A program made the translations under genes and the position numbers. The notes under the pieces are model-generated. The model had not been told where the DNA came from and did no database searches. It worked only from the letters and a program-made list of their open reading frames with translations. Positions 8,963-17,982 of a stretch of 26,943 nt of DNA are shown piece by piece (the stretch's first letter is position 1; each line of letters starts with the position of its first letter). Source of the DNA: a virus; the IMG/VR virus record IMGVR_UViG_3300035101_000063; one strand, 5' to 3'.

Positions 8963-10202
8963 CTAATATCCTATCCAATAAAATCTTCCTAAGCTTTTCG
9001 AAAGTAGCTGGTTCTTCTATTCTAGCCATAGCATCCTTTTTTCTAGTATATTTTTCATTACCAACATACCATGTCTTATTTGAACCATCTCCAACTTCTC
9101 TATACATATTTAATTTAGAAGCCATACCAATAACATATTTTAATTCATCTATTTTTCCAGCATTATCCCCTGCAATCCACATATAATAACTACCCATTTG
9201 TTTTGCAGGTGCCGTCTTGTTCTTTTCGGTCTTATAACTAACTTTCACTCTAGTACCAATTTCAGACATCAAATCCTTACCAAAAATATCCTTATCTTGT
9301 TCCTCTTTAGTCCATTTTGATGTCCAAAAATTTACAATTGTACTAGCAAAAAACAATTGTCCTTTTCCTGATGTCATCACACGATTATCACCGAATGATG
9401 ACCCACCAATTTTTTCCCTAAATTGATTTATCCAAATATGTGTTGGTGCTCTACCTTTTGACTTCATAACAGAAGTAATACTAGATAACACTTTCCTAAT
9501 AAACTTATTCATCAGTCTCGCTTGCAATCCTTGTTGCCATTCAGCTAAACTATTCTCAATTTCTGCAGATGGTGTCATAGCAGCAATAGAATCAAGCACA
9601 AACAAATCAATTTCTCCAGTTCTTACTAAACTCTCATATATATCACATACCTCCTCTGTTGTTTCAGCTTGAACATACAATAATCTACGAATATCAACAC
9701 CCAATTTTGCAGCCCATACCTTATCAAATGTCCCTTCTGGGTCAAAAAATACAACACTAAATTCTTCATACGAATTTTCTTTATATCTTTCTAATCGTTT
9801 TTTAAAATCAGATTCTTTTTCATCATCATACTTAATAGGCTTAAAAATCCCACGACTAAAACAATCACACTTTCCTTCTGCACTCCAGTATGTATCACCT
9901 TCTGAATCAACAACTTCTGAAACACTCAAATCTTTTACTGGCCTATAACAATTTGCACATATATTTTGAGCAAGTCCTATTACCCGTAAAGCATTTGTTG
10001 TCTTTCCAGATGATTCATCTCCAGCAAAAATAGTTGTTCTACCAACAGCAATACCACCACCTAATGCCCTATCAAAAGATAAACTACCTGTTGACAATCT
10101 AGGTATATTCTTAACAGAACCAGCACTACCAATTGTTCCAGAACCATGTTCTTTGTTGATCAATCTCTTAAGCACTGAAAGGCCAGGACGCTTTGTGTCC
10201 AT
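8949..10202 (-). CDS. recA: RecA-family recombinase with about 68-aa Cys4 insertion
   Basis: IPRLSTGSLSFDRALGGGIAVGRTTIFAGDESSGKTT aligns with E. coli RecA [35 protein letters not shown]. Later FFDPEGTFDKVWAAKLGVDIRRLLYVQAETTEE...LDSIAAMTPSAEIE aligns with RecA [24 protein letters not shown]...VDSVAALTPKAEIE. Between them lies a CANCYRP...GKCDC insertion. Confidence 0.8.
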   Translation of the reverse strand: MDTKRPGLSVLKRLINKEHGSGTIGSAGSVKNIPRLSTGSLSFDRALGGGIAVGRTTIFAGDESSGKTTNALRVIGLAQNICANCYRPVKDLSVSEVVDSEGDTYWSAEGKCDCFSRGIFKPIKYDDEKESDFKKRLERYKENSYEEFSVVFFDPEGTFDKVWAAKLGVDIRRLLYVQAETTEEVCDIYESLVRTGEIDLFVLDSIAAMTPSAEIENSLAEWQQGLQARLMNKFIRKVLSSITSVMKSKGRAPTHIWINQFREKIGGSSFGDNRVMTSGKGQLFFASTIVNFWTSKWTKEEQDKDIFGKDLMSEIGTRVKVSYKTEKNKTAPAKQMGSYYMWIAGDNAGKIDELKYVIGMASKLNMYREVGDGSNKTWYVGNEKYTRKKDAMARIEEPATFEKLRKILLDRILDGKI

Positions 10203-10203
10203 T

Positions 10204-10794
10204 TCATATCCCTTTGTCGCTTTCTAATGATTTAATTCTAGAAAATTGGTCTGCAATATCAGAAGCCATATCATCAGATATAACCTCAAATATTTCTACA
10301 ATATTATCATTATCAGAAATTGGTATCTCTTCCATTGTATCTACCTGATGAGATTCATATTCTTTAGCTCCCTTTAACGTCAAACCATATGAAATAAATA
10401 TATTCCTATCCATACAGGCATTCAAAATACCAATTGTATTTGCTTCAAATTGTGGCTTATATTCTTTTTCTTCAAGTCCATATTCCTCCCTTTTAAGCAT
10501 TTCCAAAATAAAATCTTTAACAGCTCTTTTAACAATAGAATAATCATCACTATTATCAAATTTCACTTTAACAGAAAGCTTAATCCTACCAAACTCATAT
10601 CTTCTAAGCGCAATTGTTCTTCCTGCACTAAATCCATAAGAAAACAAATCAGTGCGATTAGAATGAATACCTATCTTACCGCTTCCGTTATGAGAACCTG
10701 AATATCCTTTTGGTTCACCTTTGTATCTTACTAATTTAGACTTACAAACATTACCTTCATTTTCAATTTTCATCTTTTCCTCCTCATTCAACAA
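10204..10794 (-). CDS. hypothetical protein (196 aa)
   Basis: Minus ORF; TGAAATG coupling to RecA gene. Confidence 0.45.
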   Translation of the reverse strand: MLNEEEKMKIENEGNVCKSKLVRYKGEPKGYSGSHNGSGKIGIHSNRTDLFSYGFSAGRTIALRRYEFGRIKLSVKVKFDNSDDYSIVKRAVKDFILEMLKREEYGLEEKEYKPQFEANTIGILNACMDRNIFISYGLTLKGAKEYESHQVDTMEEIPISDNDNIVEIFEVISDDMASDIADQFSRIKSLESDKGI

Positions 10795-10827
10795 AACAAT
10801 ATATTTACAACCTAAAAAAACAGTTTA

Positions 10828-11340
10828 TCAACAAATATTTACACCTAACTTAATCCATTCTTTAACTATTTTATTATAAATTTCTGTATCAAGGAATAGA
10901 ATAATACCTCTTGATTGCAATACCATTTTAACAATTAAAATCATACCAATACTATACAATCTTTTTCCTCTACCAGTTTTAAATGGTGTATCAGGTATAA
11001 CACCCGATTTAATCCAATTTTTTACTGTAGATACAGGACGACCAATATTTTCAGCTAAATCATTAATTGAAAGACCAACACACTTTTTGCCATTAACAAT
11101 AATATAAATAGGACCATTATTACGTTTTCTTGGTTTAGATTTTGGTATTTTTCCTTCAGCTCTTAATTTATCCATCTCAGCTTTTTTTTTGGCCCTATTT
11201 AATCTTGCTAATTCCTTTGCACGCTCTCTCACCTTGGAATCATTTTGATATCTTTCTTTCTTTCGTTCTGAAATTTTTTCTCTGTTTGTTTCATAATACA
11301 TACGTTGATATTCTTTTCGACTATCGGAACTACTACTCAT
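10828..11340 (-). CDS. HTH DNA-binding protein (MerR/excisionase-like helix-turn-helix near C-terminus)
   Basis: LSINDLAENIGRPVSTVKNWIKSGVIP is a typical HTH_17/MerR-type motif. Track ORF extends to 11454 and overlaps the helicase gene by 80 nt. An internal ATG at 11340 (MSSSSDSRKEY), preceded by a GGAAGGAA SD-like motif, is the more likely start. Confidence 0.45.
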   Translation of the reverse strand: MSSSSDSRKEYQRMYYETNREKISERKKERYQNDSKVRERAKELARLNRAKKKAEMDKLRAEGKIPKSKPRKRNNGPIYIIVNGKKCVGLSINDLAENIGRPVSTVKNWIKSGVIPDTPFKTGRGKRLYSIGMILIVKMVLQSRGIILFLDTEIYNKIVKEWIKLGVNIC

Positions 11341-11374
11341 AAAACCATTCCTTCCATCCCCAATGTTCCGAAAA

Positions 11375-12889
11375 TCAAGACACCTCTGTTCCAATTTTCC
11401 TATAGAACTTCTGTCTGCGCCTCCATTTCGGTAAAAGCTGGGGAATATTCTCATCTACGACATCAACTATAATAGGTTTAGGTTTTTCTTTACAATTACC
11501 AACTCTCCATGGACAATAATGTTCGCATTTTTCCTTGTCTTGATAACACCACCTTCTAGCGCGACCAACTATTTGTTCTATATCTCCCATAGGCATCGAA
11601 AGAACCAACACATCAAGCGCTTCAACATCAAATCCTTCCTCGATGCTTTGCTTAGTTGCAAAAATTACATTAGCACGTTCTGCTTTATCAAAATCAGCTT
11701 CTGTTCTTTTGACCATTTTAGGGTCACCTTTTTTATGCCTACTATTTGATTCTTCCCATACTTCTCCAGAAAACCATTCACCAGTACAAAAATCAATAGT
11801 AGGTTCAAATGGCAAATCAAGGTCAAATAAAGAATTCATCAACATGTCACTCATAAGTTTCAAATGATAAAGTCTTTCACTAACAACTATTATTTTACGA
11901 CCATTTTGAACAGCCAATACTAATTGATCAACAATATCTTTTGCTCTAAACTGATCCTTTCCAAGCTGAGTTAAAATTTGAGCACTATTCAAATTATCAA
12001 CTGATACATAATAATTACCCCTTCTTATCGGTTTCAAACATGAATAAGTCTTTAACACTCTCAAACCAGGCACTTGCGCCTTAGTTTTAGCAGAATATGT
12101 AACATCACTTATATGATTAAAAAATACGTCCTGTGCACCATCTTTTCGTCTAGGAGTTGCTGTTAAACCAACTCTCCATGCAGCATTAAATCTAGGTAAA
12201 ACAAATGACCATGAAGAAGCAGCTATTCTATGACATTCATCACTAATAACAATTCCGAATTCCGATTTATATATCCTTTCTGGATACTTATGACTATCTT
12301 TATCCCTCACTAAAGATTGAAGCATTGCAATAACAAAATCACAATCCTCAAATTCACATTTATTCTGACGAATAATTCCAACTTTAGCATCTGGCATAAA
12401 TTTTTTTATTCTATTCTTCCATTGTTTTAAAAAAAACTCTTTATGAACAATAATTAATGTCTTACGGCCAACACGTCTAGCAAACTCCAATGAACACGCT
12501 GTTTTTCCAAAAGCGCATCCTGCTTTCAACAAAAAACCATCCCACTTTTTACCCTCCATTCTAGCAAGAAATGTTCTTATTACAGCTTCCTGTTCAATGA
12601 AATTTCCAGTTGCCTGATATCTAGTAGTAAAGGCTGACATTTTACTACCATATGATATTTTTAATATTTCATCATGTTCCTTTGTAACATTTTTCCTATA
12701 CCATGCTCTAGGAACACCAATGAAATCCTCCTTTTCATCATACATATAAATAGGCTTTGGATCTGCCTTTGTAGCAATATCTGTCGTCTTCTTAGGATAT
12801 ATCGTTAATAATTCTTTTATATTTAAAATCTGTTGAGCAGACAAATCATCAATTGGCAACCAAACATTTCCACTTACAACAACTTTCAT
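11375..12889 (-). CDS. SF2 DExH-box DNA helicase (UvsW/type III res-like)
   Basis: Walker A AGCAFGKTACS, DECH box (VISDECHRIAA), arginine finger QIVGRARR; length 504 aa comparable to T4 UvsW. C-terminal Cys cluster. Confidence 0.8.
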   Translation of the reverse strand: MKVVVSGNVWLPIDDLSAQQILNIKELLTIYPKKTTDIATKADPKPIYMYDEKEDFIGVPRAWYRKNVTKEHDEILKISYGSKMSAFTTRYQATGNFIEQEAVIRTFLARMEGKKWDGFLLKAGCAFGKTACSLEFARRVGRKTLIIVHKEFFLKQWKNRIKKFMPDAKVGIIRQNKCEFEDCDFVIAMLQSLVRDKDSHKYPERIYKSEFGIVISDECHRIAASSWSFVLPRFNAAWRVGLTATPRRKDGAQDVFFNHISDVTYSAKTKAQVPGLRVLKTYSCLKPIRRGNYYVSVDNLNSAQILTQLGKDQFRAKDIVDQLVLAVQNGRKIIVVSERLYHLKLMSDMLMNSLFDLDLPFEPTIDFCTGEWFSGEVWEESNSRHKKGDPKMVKRTEADFDKAERANVIFATKQSIEEGFDVEALDVLVLSMPMGDIEQIVGRARRWCYQDKEKCEHYCPWRVGNCKEKPKPIIVDVVDENIPQLLPKWRRRQKFYRKIGTEVS

Positions 12890-12898
12890 AATACAACC

Positions 12899-13909
12899 TC
12901 AAAACGGTATATCATCATCATTGGGACCATTAGGTCCTACATATTGACCACTATCACCAAAACCAACTCCATACGTTTTAGGAGGCTCTCTCATGCCAGT
13001 TTGCATATTACTACGTACCATCCCTTGTCTTTGTCCATCATGAAACGATTTATTACCTCTATTATCTCCCCATCCTACAAGCTCATCAAGTTTTGCCTGA
13101 TAATCATCAACATCAATATCAAATACCCCTTTTTTCGAATCTGGATCTGTATATACTGGTATATCCAATTTTAAATATTCTGGATCTGCACCCCATCTAA
13201 CAAGATATTCCTCAAAGTGTTCAGGTGAAATTCTATCTACAAAAGACCAATCATTACCTACAATAGGTTCTTTTTTTCCAGTTCTAGTTGTATCCCATAT
13301 TGTACCAGTCAAATCCTCAATACCATGTTGTTGCCTTATTTCTGCTAACCTTCTCTGTAATGTCTTCATAACACCTGGATTATCAACAGATCCTCTTTTA
13401 GCACCTAGTAAAACTCTCTGAAAAGACCTCTCAAATCGGTCACCATTATCATTCTCCCAATATTCATGATGCAATCTTACCCTATTTCCTCTCCGTTCAA
13501 CCTGTCCCATGTCAATAACTGGTAAAAATCCAATAAAATATGCAAAATCCTTTCCACCCTTTTTAGAACAAACAGGACATGGTATCTTTGAGATACCATT
13601 TTTTTCTAAACAAATTGCTGTAAATGCTTCAAAAATATTATAAGCATTTTTAAATCTCCATAAACTATGTTCATAAATATTAAAAGGAGAACCATCCAAA
13701 AAAAGCACTCGTTTAGTAGCAGATGAACCAGGATTTACTAAATTTGGTTTTTTATCCGTACCCTTTGGTGTTGGAATTGAAAATCTAAATCTATAGAGTC
13801 TTTCATTTTCAGTAATCTTATTCCCACTATCACTACTGTCATAATCGCTATCATAACTATCATATTCATCTGGGTCTCCCCATCCTTTACTATAAGTTCC
13901 AATGCCCAT
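12899..13909 (-). CDS. putative ssDNA-binding protein (gp32-like Zn site) with SSB-type C-terminal tip DDDIPF
   Basis: H-x19-C-x10-C-x2-C arrangement (YEH...AIC...PCPVC) resembles the T4 gp32 Zn site. Long Gly/Gln-rich disordered linker ends ...GPNGPNDDDIPF, like bacterial SSB. Track start 13966 lacks SD and abuts the palindrome. The ATG at 13909 has GGAGAAAAAATG, so it is preferred. Confidence 0.4.
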   Translation of the reverse strand: MGIGTYSKGWGDPDEYDSYDSDYDSSDSGNKITENERLYRFRFSIPTPKGTDKKPNLVNPGSSATKRVLFLDGSPFNIYEHSLWRFKNAYNIFEAFTAICLEKNGISKIPCPVCSKKGGKDFAYFIGFLPVIDMGQVERRGNRVRLHHEYWENDNGDRFERSFQRVLLGAKRGSVDNPGVMKTLQRRLAEIRQQHGIEDLTGTIWDTTRTGKKEPIVGNDWSFVDRISPEHFEEYLVRWGADPEYLKLDIPVYTDPDSKKGVFDIDVDDYQAKLDELVGWGDNRGNKSFHDGQRQGMVRSNMQTGMREPPKTYGVGFGDSGQYVGPNGPNDDDIPF

Positions 13910-13969
13910 TTTTTCTCCATTTCGTGATCCTATATCACCATCTTTTTCGTGCTCTATTAGCACCATTTA

Positions 13970-13985
13970 GCGAACTCGAGTTCGC
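13970..13985. repeat. perfect palindrome GCGAACTCGAGTTCGC (copy 2 of 3)
   Basis: Exact; intergenic between DnaB-like gene stop and SSB-like gene start. Confidence 0.9.
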
Positions 13986-14139
13986 CAATATTTTTCACGT
14001 CATATTAACTACTATGCCAAATAGACCAATTATAAATTATATCTTTAATAAAGAAATCAACTATTAACAAAATCATCATCAAAACTCTCTACAACAACCT
14101 TCCAAAATTGTAAATAACACCACCTTTAAAGTTTGTCAA

Positions 14140-15486
14140 CTAAAATGGTATCCCCTCTTCCTCTTCATTATTTTCCTCTTCTTCAATTTCACCAAACTCC
14201 ATTCTATCAAAATCCCAATGAACCTTTATCTCTGGTTTCTTATATTGACCTCTACGAAGTTTTAAATTTTTAAATTTCATTACTTTATCATCTTTATCAT
14301 CTTTATTTTGTATTAATGCATAAACAGCATGAACATCCTGCCCAATCTCATCAGCTAATGCAATTGTTCCAAGCCTTGCCCCTCCCCCCTTCTTCTCCGA
14401 AAGCTCAGCAGTCCTATTCTGCTGTGCAAAACCTATCGCAGCATAGCCAAGCTCCTTGCAACTTCGCTTCATCCATCCAAGAGCCTCCACGGCTCTTTCA
14501 CGACGATCCCCTTTAATATGTAGGTCATAAATCGAATCAACAGCAACAAGCTCAGCATTACAAGCACGAATTGCAGCATCTATACCACGCGGACTCAAAT
14601 CATCATCAGAATCCATAATCCACAATCCATCCTTACCAGCCTCACCATTAATTGTATTTACAAATTTTTGCTCCATAACAGTTGGAAGTTGACCAGTAAT
14701 AACACTATGGTAACTAACATCAGAATGGATAGTAAAAAATCTCTCAGCTATCTCATCTTTACTCATTTCTGGTGAAACAACCAAGACACGTTTATCTTTC
14801 ATCCAGGCATGTCTACCACATATAACACAGACGAACGTTTTCCCAACTGAAGGTCGAGCAACAAACATAGTAACAGTTTTGGGCCATGCACCTGCCGTCA
14901 TATCATCTATTGTTTTCCACGGAAATGGAATACCCCTATATCCATCAGCAGCCTTTCTATAATTCTCAAGAACCTTTCCTCCAATATCCAATAAATTATG
15001 TGGCATTCTATGCCTAGAAAGGTCCTGTGCTGCATTCAACAGGGATTCAAGACTAGGAGATAAAGAATCTATACCTTCTGCTTTAAATCCATCATAAACA
15101 ACTTTCTGAGCATTATAAATTACACGACGTATAGCACTAGCTTCCCTAACTATATTTGCATAATGACCCACATTTGATGGTGCAGATACAAAATCTGTCA
15201 ATTGCGATAATGCAATTGCACCACCTATATTTTTTAATTGACCTTGCTCTCTTAATCTATTTCCTAATGTGACATGATCAACAGGTATCCCAGCCTCGAA
15301 CAAAGAATACATGCCATAAAAAATTATTCTATTGGAATTTATATAAAAATCTTCTTCATTTACATTAGCAAAAACTTCACCCCAACAATCATTATTCAAA
15401 AGAACAGATCCAAGAACAGCATTTTCAGCTTCTTCATTGTATGGTGGTATATTAGGTCCACCTTTAGAATCGCAAATATTGCTCAT
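14140..15486 (-). CDS. dnaB: DnaB-like replicative DNA helicase with acidic ...EEEEGIPF C-terminal tip
   Basis: N-terminal domain (PPYNEEAENAVLGSVLLNNDCWGEV...NRIIFYGM...IPVDHVTLGNRL...GGAIALSQL), Walker A ARPSVGKTFVCV, RecA-like C-terminal domain. Appended EEEENNEEEEGIPF tail. Confidence 0.85.
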   Translation of the reverse strand: MSNICDSKGGPNIPPYNEEAENAVLGSVLLNNDCWGEVFANVNEEDFYINSNRIIFYGMYSLFEAGIPVDHVTLGNRLREQGQLKNIGGAIALSQLTDFVSAPSNVGHYANIVREASAIRRVIYNAQKVVYDGFKAEGIDSLSPSLESLLNAAQDLSRHRMPHNLLDIGGKVLENYRKAADGYRGIPFPWKTIDDMTAGAWPKTVTMFVARPSVGKTFVCVICGRHAWMKDKRVLVVSPEMSKDEIAERFFTIHSDVSYHSVITGQLPTVMEQKFVNTINGEAGKDGLWIMDSDDDLSPRGIDAAIRACNAELVAVDSIYDLHIKGDRRERAVEALGWMKRSCKELGYAAIGFAQQNRTAELSEKKGGGARLGTIALADEIGQDVHAVYALIQNKDDKDDKVMKFKNLKLRRGQYKKPEIKVHWDFDRMEFGEIEEEENNEEEEGIPF

Positions 15487-15633
15487 AATTATATTAAATA
15501 TCTGTAGGTAATTCTCTTCTTTTAATAAGAAATTCTAATTTTTGTGTTTTGATACTCATTACTGCCTCCATAATATTTTATTTCAAACAAGACTTATTCT
15601 AAAAAGAATACTATATTCAACTCAAAATACTCA

Positions 15634-16329
15634 TCAATTACCACTTAATATAGACTTTAATCTATCTACAGAGCCATCTCTCTTATTATCACCAATAACA
15701 GGAACAGGAATTGTACATTCTCCTAAAGCATGAATAGTAGATTTTTTCAAATCAAGTTCTTCTTGCCAACGTTTTGGAGAAATATTTGAAGTAATTATAG
15801 TAACTTTTTTATTTGCATTTCTAGACCTAATTAATTCATCAAAAATCGTTGCACCAAAACCAGTATTATCCATTATACCCTTTCCAAAATCATCAATTAC
15901 TAATACATCTACATCTTTAGAACGTTCCCAATATGTCTCATCATCATCAAAATATTCTTTACTAGCAACCAATCGTTTTAAATCAGCAGCTTCTATAAAT
16001 AAAACAGTATTACCACGTCTGCGAAATTCTTTTGCTAAAACAACAGAAGCACATGATTTCCCAGTTCCATTATCACCATAAAATATAAAACCACCACCTT
16101 CTTTTCTCATTTTAGCCATATTTAAAATATATTTTTCAACCATACTTTTAAGACTATCTTGTCCATCTACATAAATATCTGTAAGATTATAAAAACTTGC
16201 TTTCCAATAACGTTTAGGTATATGCATTCGCTCCAAATCATTAGCACATAAATCGCGCCGAAAAGGAACATTAGAAAACATTTTACCAGCCAATTTTTGT
16301 TGACCCATCAAGTTCTGGATCATATTCAC
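15634..16329 (-). CDS. DnaC/IstB-like AAA+ helicase loader
   Basis: Walker A GDNGTGKSCASVVLAKEF, Walker B VLVIDDFG, size 231 aa, located immediately downstream of DnaB-like gene. Confidence 0.7.
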   Translation of the reverse strand: MNMIQNLMGQQKLAGKMFSNVPFRRDLCANDLERMHIPKRYWKASFYNLTDIYVDGQDSLKSMVEKYILNMAKMRKEGGGFIFYGDNGTGKSCASVVLAKEFRRRGNTVLFIEAADLKRLVASKEYFDDDETYWERSKDVDVLVIDDFGKGIMDNTGFGATIFDELIRSRNANKKVTIITSNISPKRWQEELDLKKSTIHALGECTIPVPVIGDNKRDGSVDRLKSILSGN

Positions 16330-16903
16330 CTACCATATGTTTTTTCTTTTTGGGCTTTTTTCTACCAGGAACATTACCCAATTTAGCATCAACAAATATC
16401 CTATCTCTACCAACCCATAAAAATCTAACATTGGGTGCACCAGAAAGTCTTCCGTTACTATTATCAATCATAGCTTGCCAATTATCACAAAACCACTCAA
16501 CAGTTTTCTCTACAATCTCTGGCCCATAATGTTTCAATAACTTGTTGGCACATGTTATTTCTTCTATGCCCCACCAAGTCTGTTTTTTCTCACTAACATC
16601 ATCACCTTTATCTACCACAAGCCAATCAGAATTATTTTTTCTTATTCCTTTCACAAACCAACGCTGAACACAAAACCAATTTATCACGTCCTTTTTAGTT
16701 TGTCTATTATCTCCAGCAGATTTGTCAACTGTTGATTGAGTATAACAATCTTTAAAAGAAGGTGTTTCAGGTTTTAACTCTTGCTTTATTTTATTTTTTT
16801 CTTTACGTTTTTCTCTAGCTTTTTCTTCAAGCCTTAAAGTATTTTCTTTGATATCTTCAATTTTTTTTGAAAACTTTTTTCTCCAATTATTTCCCACTAT
16901 CAT
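16283..16903 (-). CDS. hypothetical basic protein (206 aa), possible replication initiation accessory
   Basis: Minus ORF overlapping loader gene; Lys-rich N-terminal coiled-coil-like segment. Function unknown. Confidence 0.4.
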   Translation of the reverse strand: MIVGNNWRKKFSKKIEDIKENTLRLEEKAREKRKEKNKIKQELKPETPSFKDCYTQSTVDKSAGDNRQTKKDVINWFCVQRWFVKGIRKNNSDWLVVDKGDDVSEKKQTWWGIEEITCANKLLKHYGPEIVEKTVEWFCDNWQAMIDNSNGRLSGAPNVRFLWVGRDRIFVDAKLGNVPGRKKPKKKKHMVGEYDPELDGSTKIGW

Positions 16904-17153
16904 ATTCTCTACCTTCCAACAAATTCACAGAAGATGCCTGTAAATCCTTCAGTGTTCCATTTATTTCAACCAATAATTCAACCCAATCCTCCTTATAATT
17001 GATACCACACAAACGTTTGCAGTCATTAGAAAAAGCAACCGCTTCAAAATCATTCATTTCAACAATACGGTCTCTCCAGGATGTTACTTTTCTAATCCAT
17101 CCGATACCATATTTTGTTTCGACTTTATCGCCGATGAAGTATTTTCGAGCCAT
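16887..17153 (-). CDS. hypothetical protein (88 aa)
   Basis: Minus ORF with AAGGGA SD at proper spacing; start lies 70 nt inside the upstream gene. Confidence 0.4.
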   Translation of the reverse strand: MARKYFIGDKVETKYGIGWIRKVTSWRDRIVEMNDFEAVAFSNDCKRLCGINYKEDWVELLVEINGTLKDLQASSVNLLEGREYDSGK

Positions 17154-17596
17154 TCTAATCCCTTAATTTTCCTAGCATCATCTACTAGAATCTCTCTATG
17201 GTCATTCATCCAAATTGGAGCACGAAAAATAACATCATTCCAAGACCAACCATCAAGCACTAACAACTCAGCAGCAATCACATTATATAATATATTATTT
17301 TGTTCAGATATTAATTTAGCACTATTTAATATATCTCTTAATCTATCATAAAATAATACAAAATGGTCTTCATTAGGTCTATTTAATATAATACTATTTC
17401 CATCATCTAATAAGATTTCAATAGAATTCACACCAAATGCTTCTGATAATTCAAAAACAACTTCACCCATTCCAAATAAAATTAAATCTTCTAAATCAAA
17501 TTTATCATTAAATTCATCATTAAATTCATCATTAAATTCATCATTAAATTCATCATTAACATGTTTTATAGGAAATAATAAATTATTTTCTTTCAT
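17084..17596 (-). CDS. hypothetical protein with N-terminal (NDEF)x4-5 tandem repeat
   Basis: Minus ORF; repeat encoded by 12-nt tandem array. Confidence 0.45.
   Translation of the reverse strand: MKENNLLFPIKHVNDEFNDEFNDEFNDEFNDKFDLEDLILFGMGEVVFELSEAFGVNSIEILLDDGNSIILNRPNEDHFVLFYDRLRDILNSAKLISEQNNILYNVIAAELLVLDGWSWNDVIFRAPIWMNDHREILVDDARKIKGLEWLENTSSAIKSKQNMVSDGLEK
17498..17557. repeat. 12-nt tandem repeat AAATTCATCATT x5 (first copy imperfect) encoding DEFN repeats
   Basis: Direct reading. Confidence 0.85.
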
Positions 17597-17654
17597 CTCA
17601 ACTATTCATCCAGCATCATACTGATATCAACATATATAAAAAAAATAAAATTTG

Positions 17655-17981
17655 TCAACCCATACGTTTTAGATAATTTCCTTTTTCATATTCTCTACGC
17701 TTATCTTCATCCGTAACATAATCCATAATAATTTGTATTTTATTTTTACCTTGAATTGCAGACAAAAATGAACGAATAGAATTAACTAAATGAGCATTCC
17801 TACCAATAACCTGACCAACATCTTTAGGATGTGTTCTTAAAGCCACAAGAGCACTATAACCATTACTCTCTATATCAACCTGAACATCCTCTGGATGATT
17901 TACAAAATGACGAACAAGCATTACTACTTCACGAATAGCATCTATTACCAATGGATCAATTTTACCTAAATTTTTACCCAT
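17655..17981 (-). CDS. KH-domain RNA-binding protein, KhpA/YlqC-like (KH_4)
   Basis: VNHPEDVQVDIESNGYSALVALRTHPKDVGQVIGRNAHLVNSIRSFL matches the KhpA pattern (hPEDV.V...l.l.v.p.DmGkVIGk.Gr...aiR.ll). Track start at 18014 is TTG and overlaps the upstream gene. ATG at 17981 (MGKNLGK) preferred. C-terminal extension of about 30 aa. Confidence 0.55.
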   Translation of the reverse strand: MGKNLGKIDPLVIDAIREVVMLVRHFVNHPEDVQVDIESNGYSALVALRTHPKDVGQVIGRNAHLVNSIRSFLSAIQGKNKIQIIMDYVTDEDKRREYEKGNYLKRMG

Positions 17982-17982
17982 A

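Noticed and set aside
9759-9962. RecA insertion as an intein
   Set aside because: Only about 68 aa, no N-terminal Cys/Ser splice junction, no Hint blocks or homing-endonuclease motifs. The insert reads as an in-frame Cys4 module.
13738-13920. 60-aa minus ORF nested inside the SSB-like gene
   Set aside because: Fully embedded in a different frame of a longer, motif-bearing ORF. Hydrophobic junk translation.
17084-17153. Programmed frameshift joining 17084..17596 and 16887..17153
   Set aside because: No slippery heptamer or downstream structure recognised. The downstream gene has its own SD-ATG, so independent overlapping genes are the simpler explanation.
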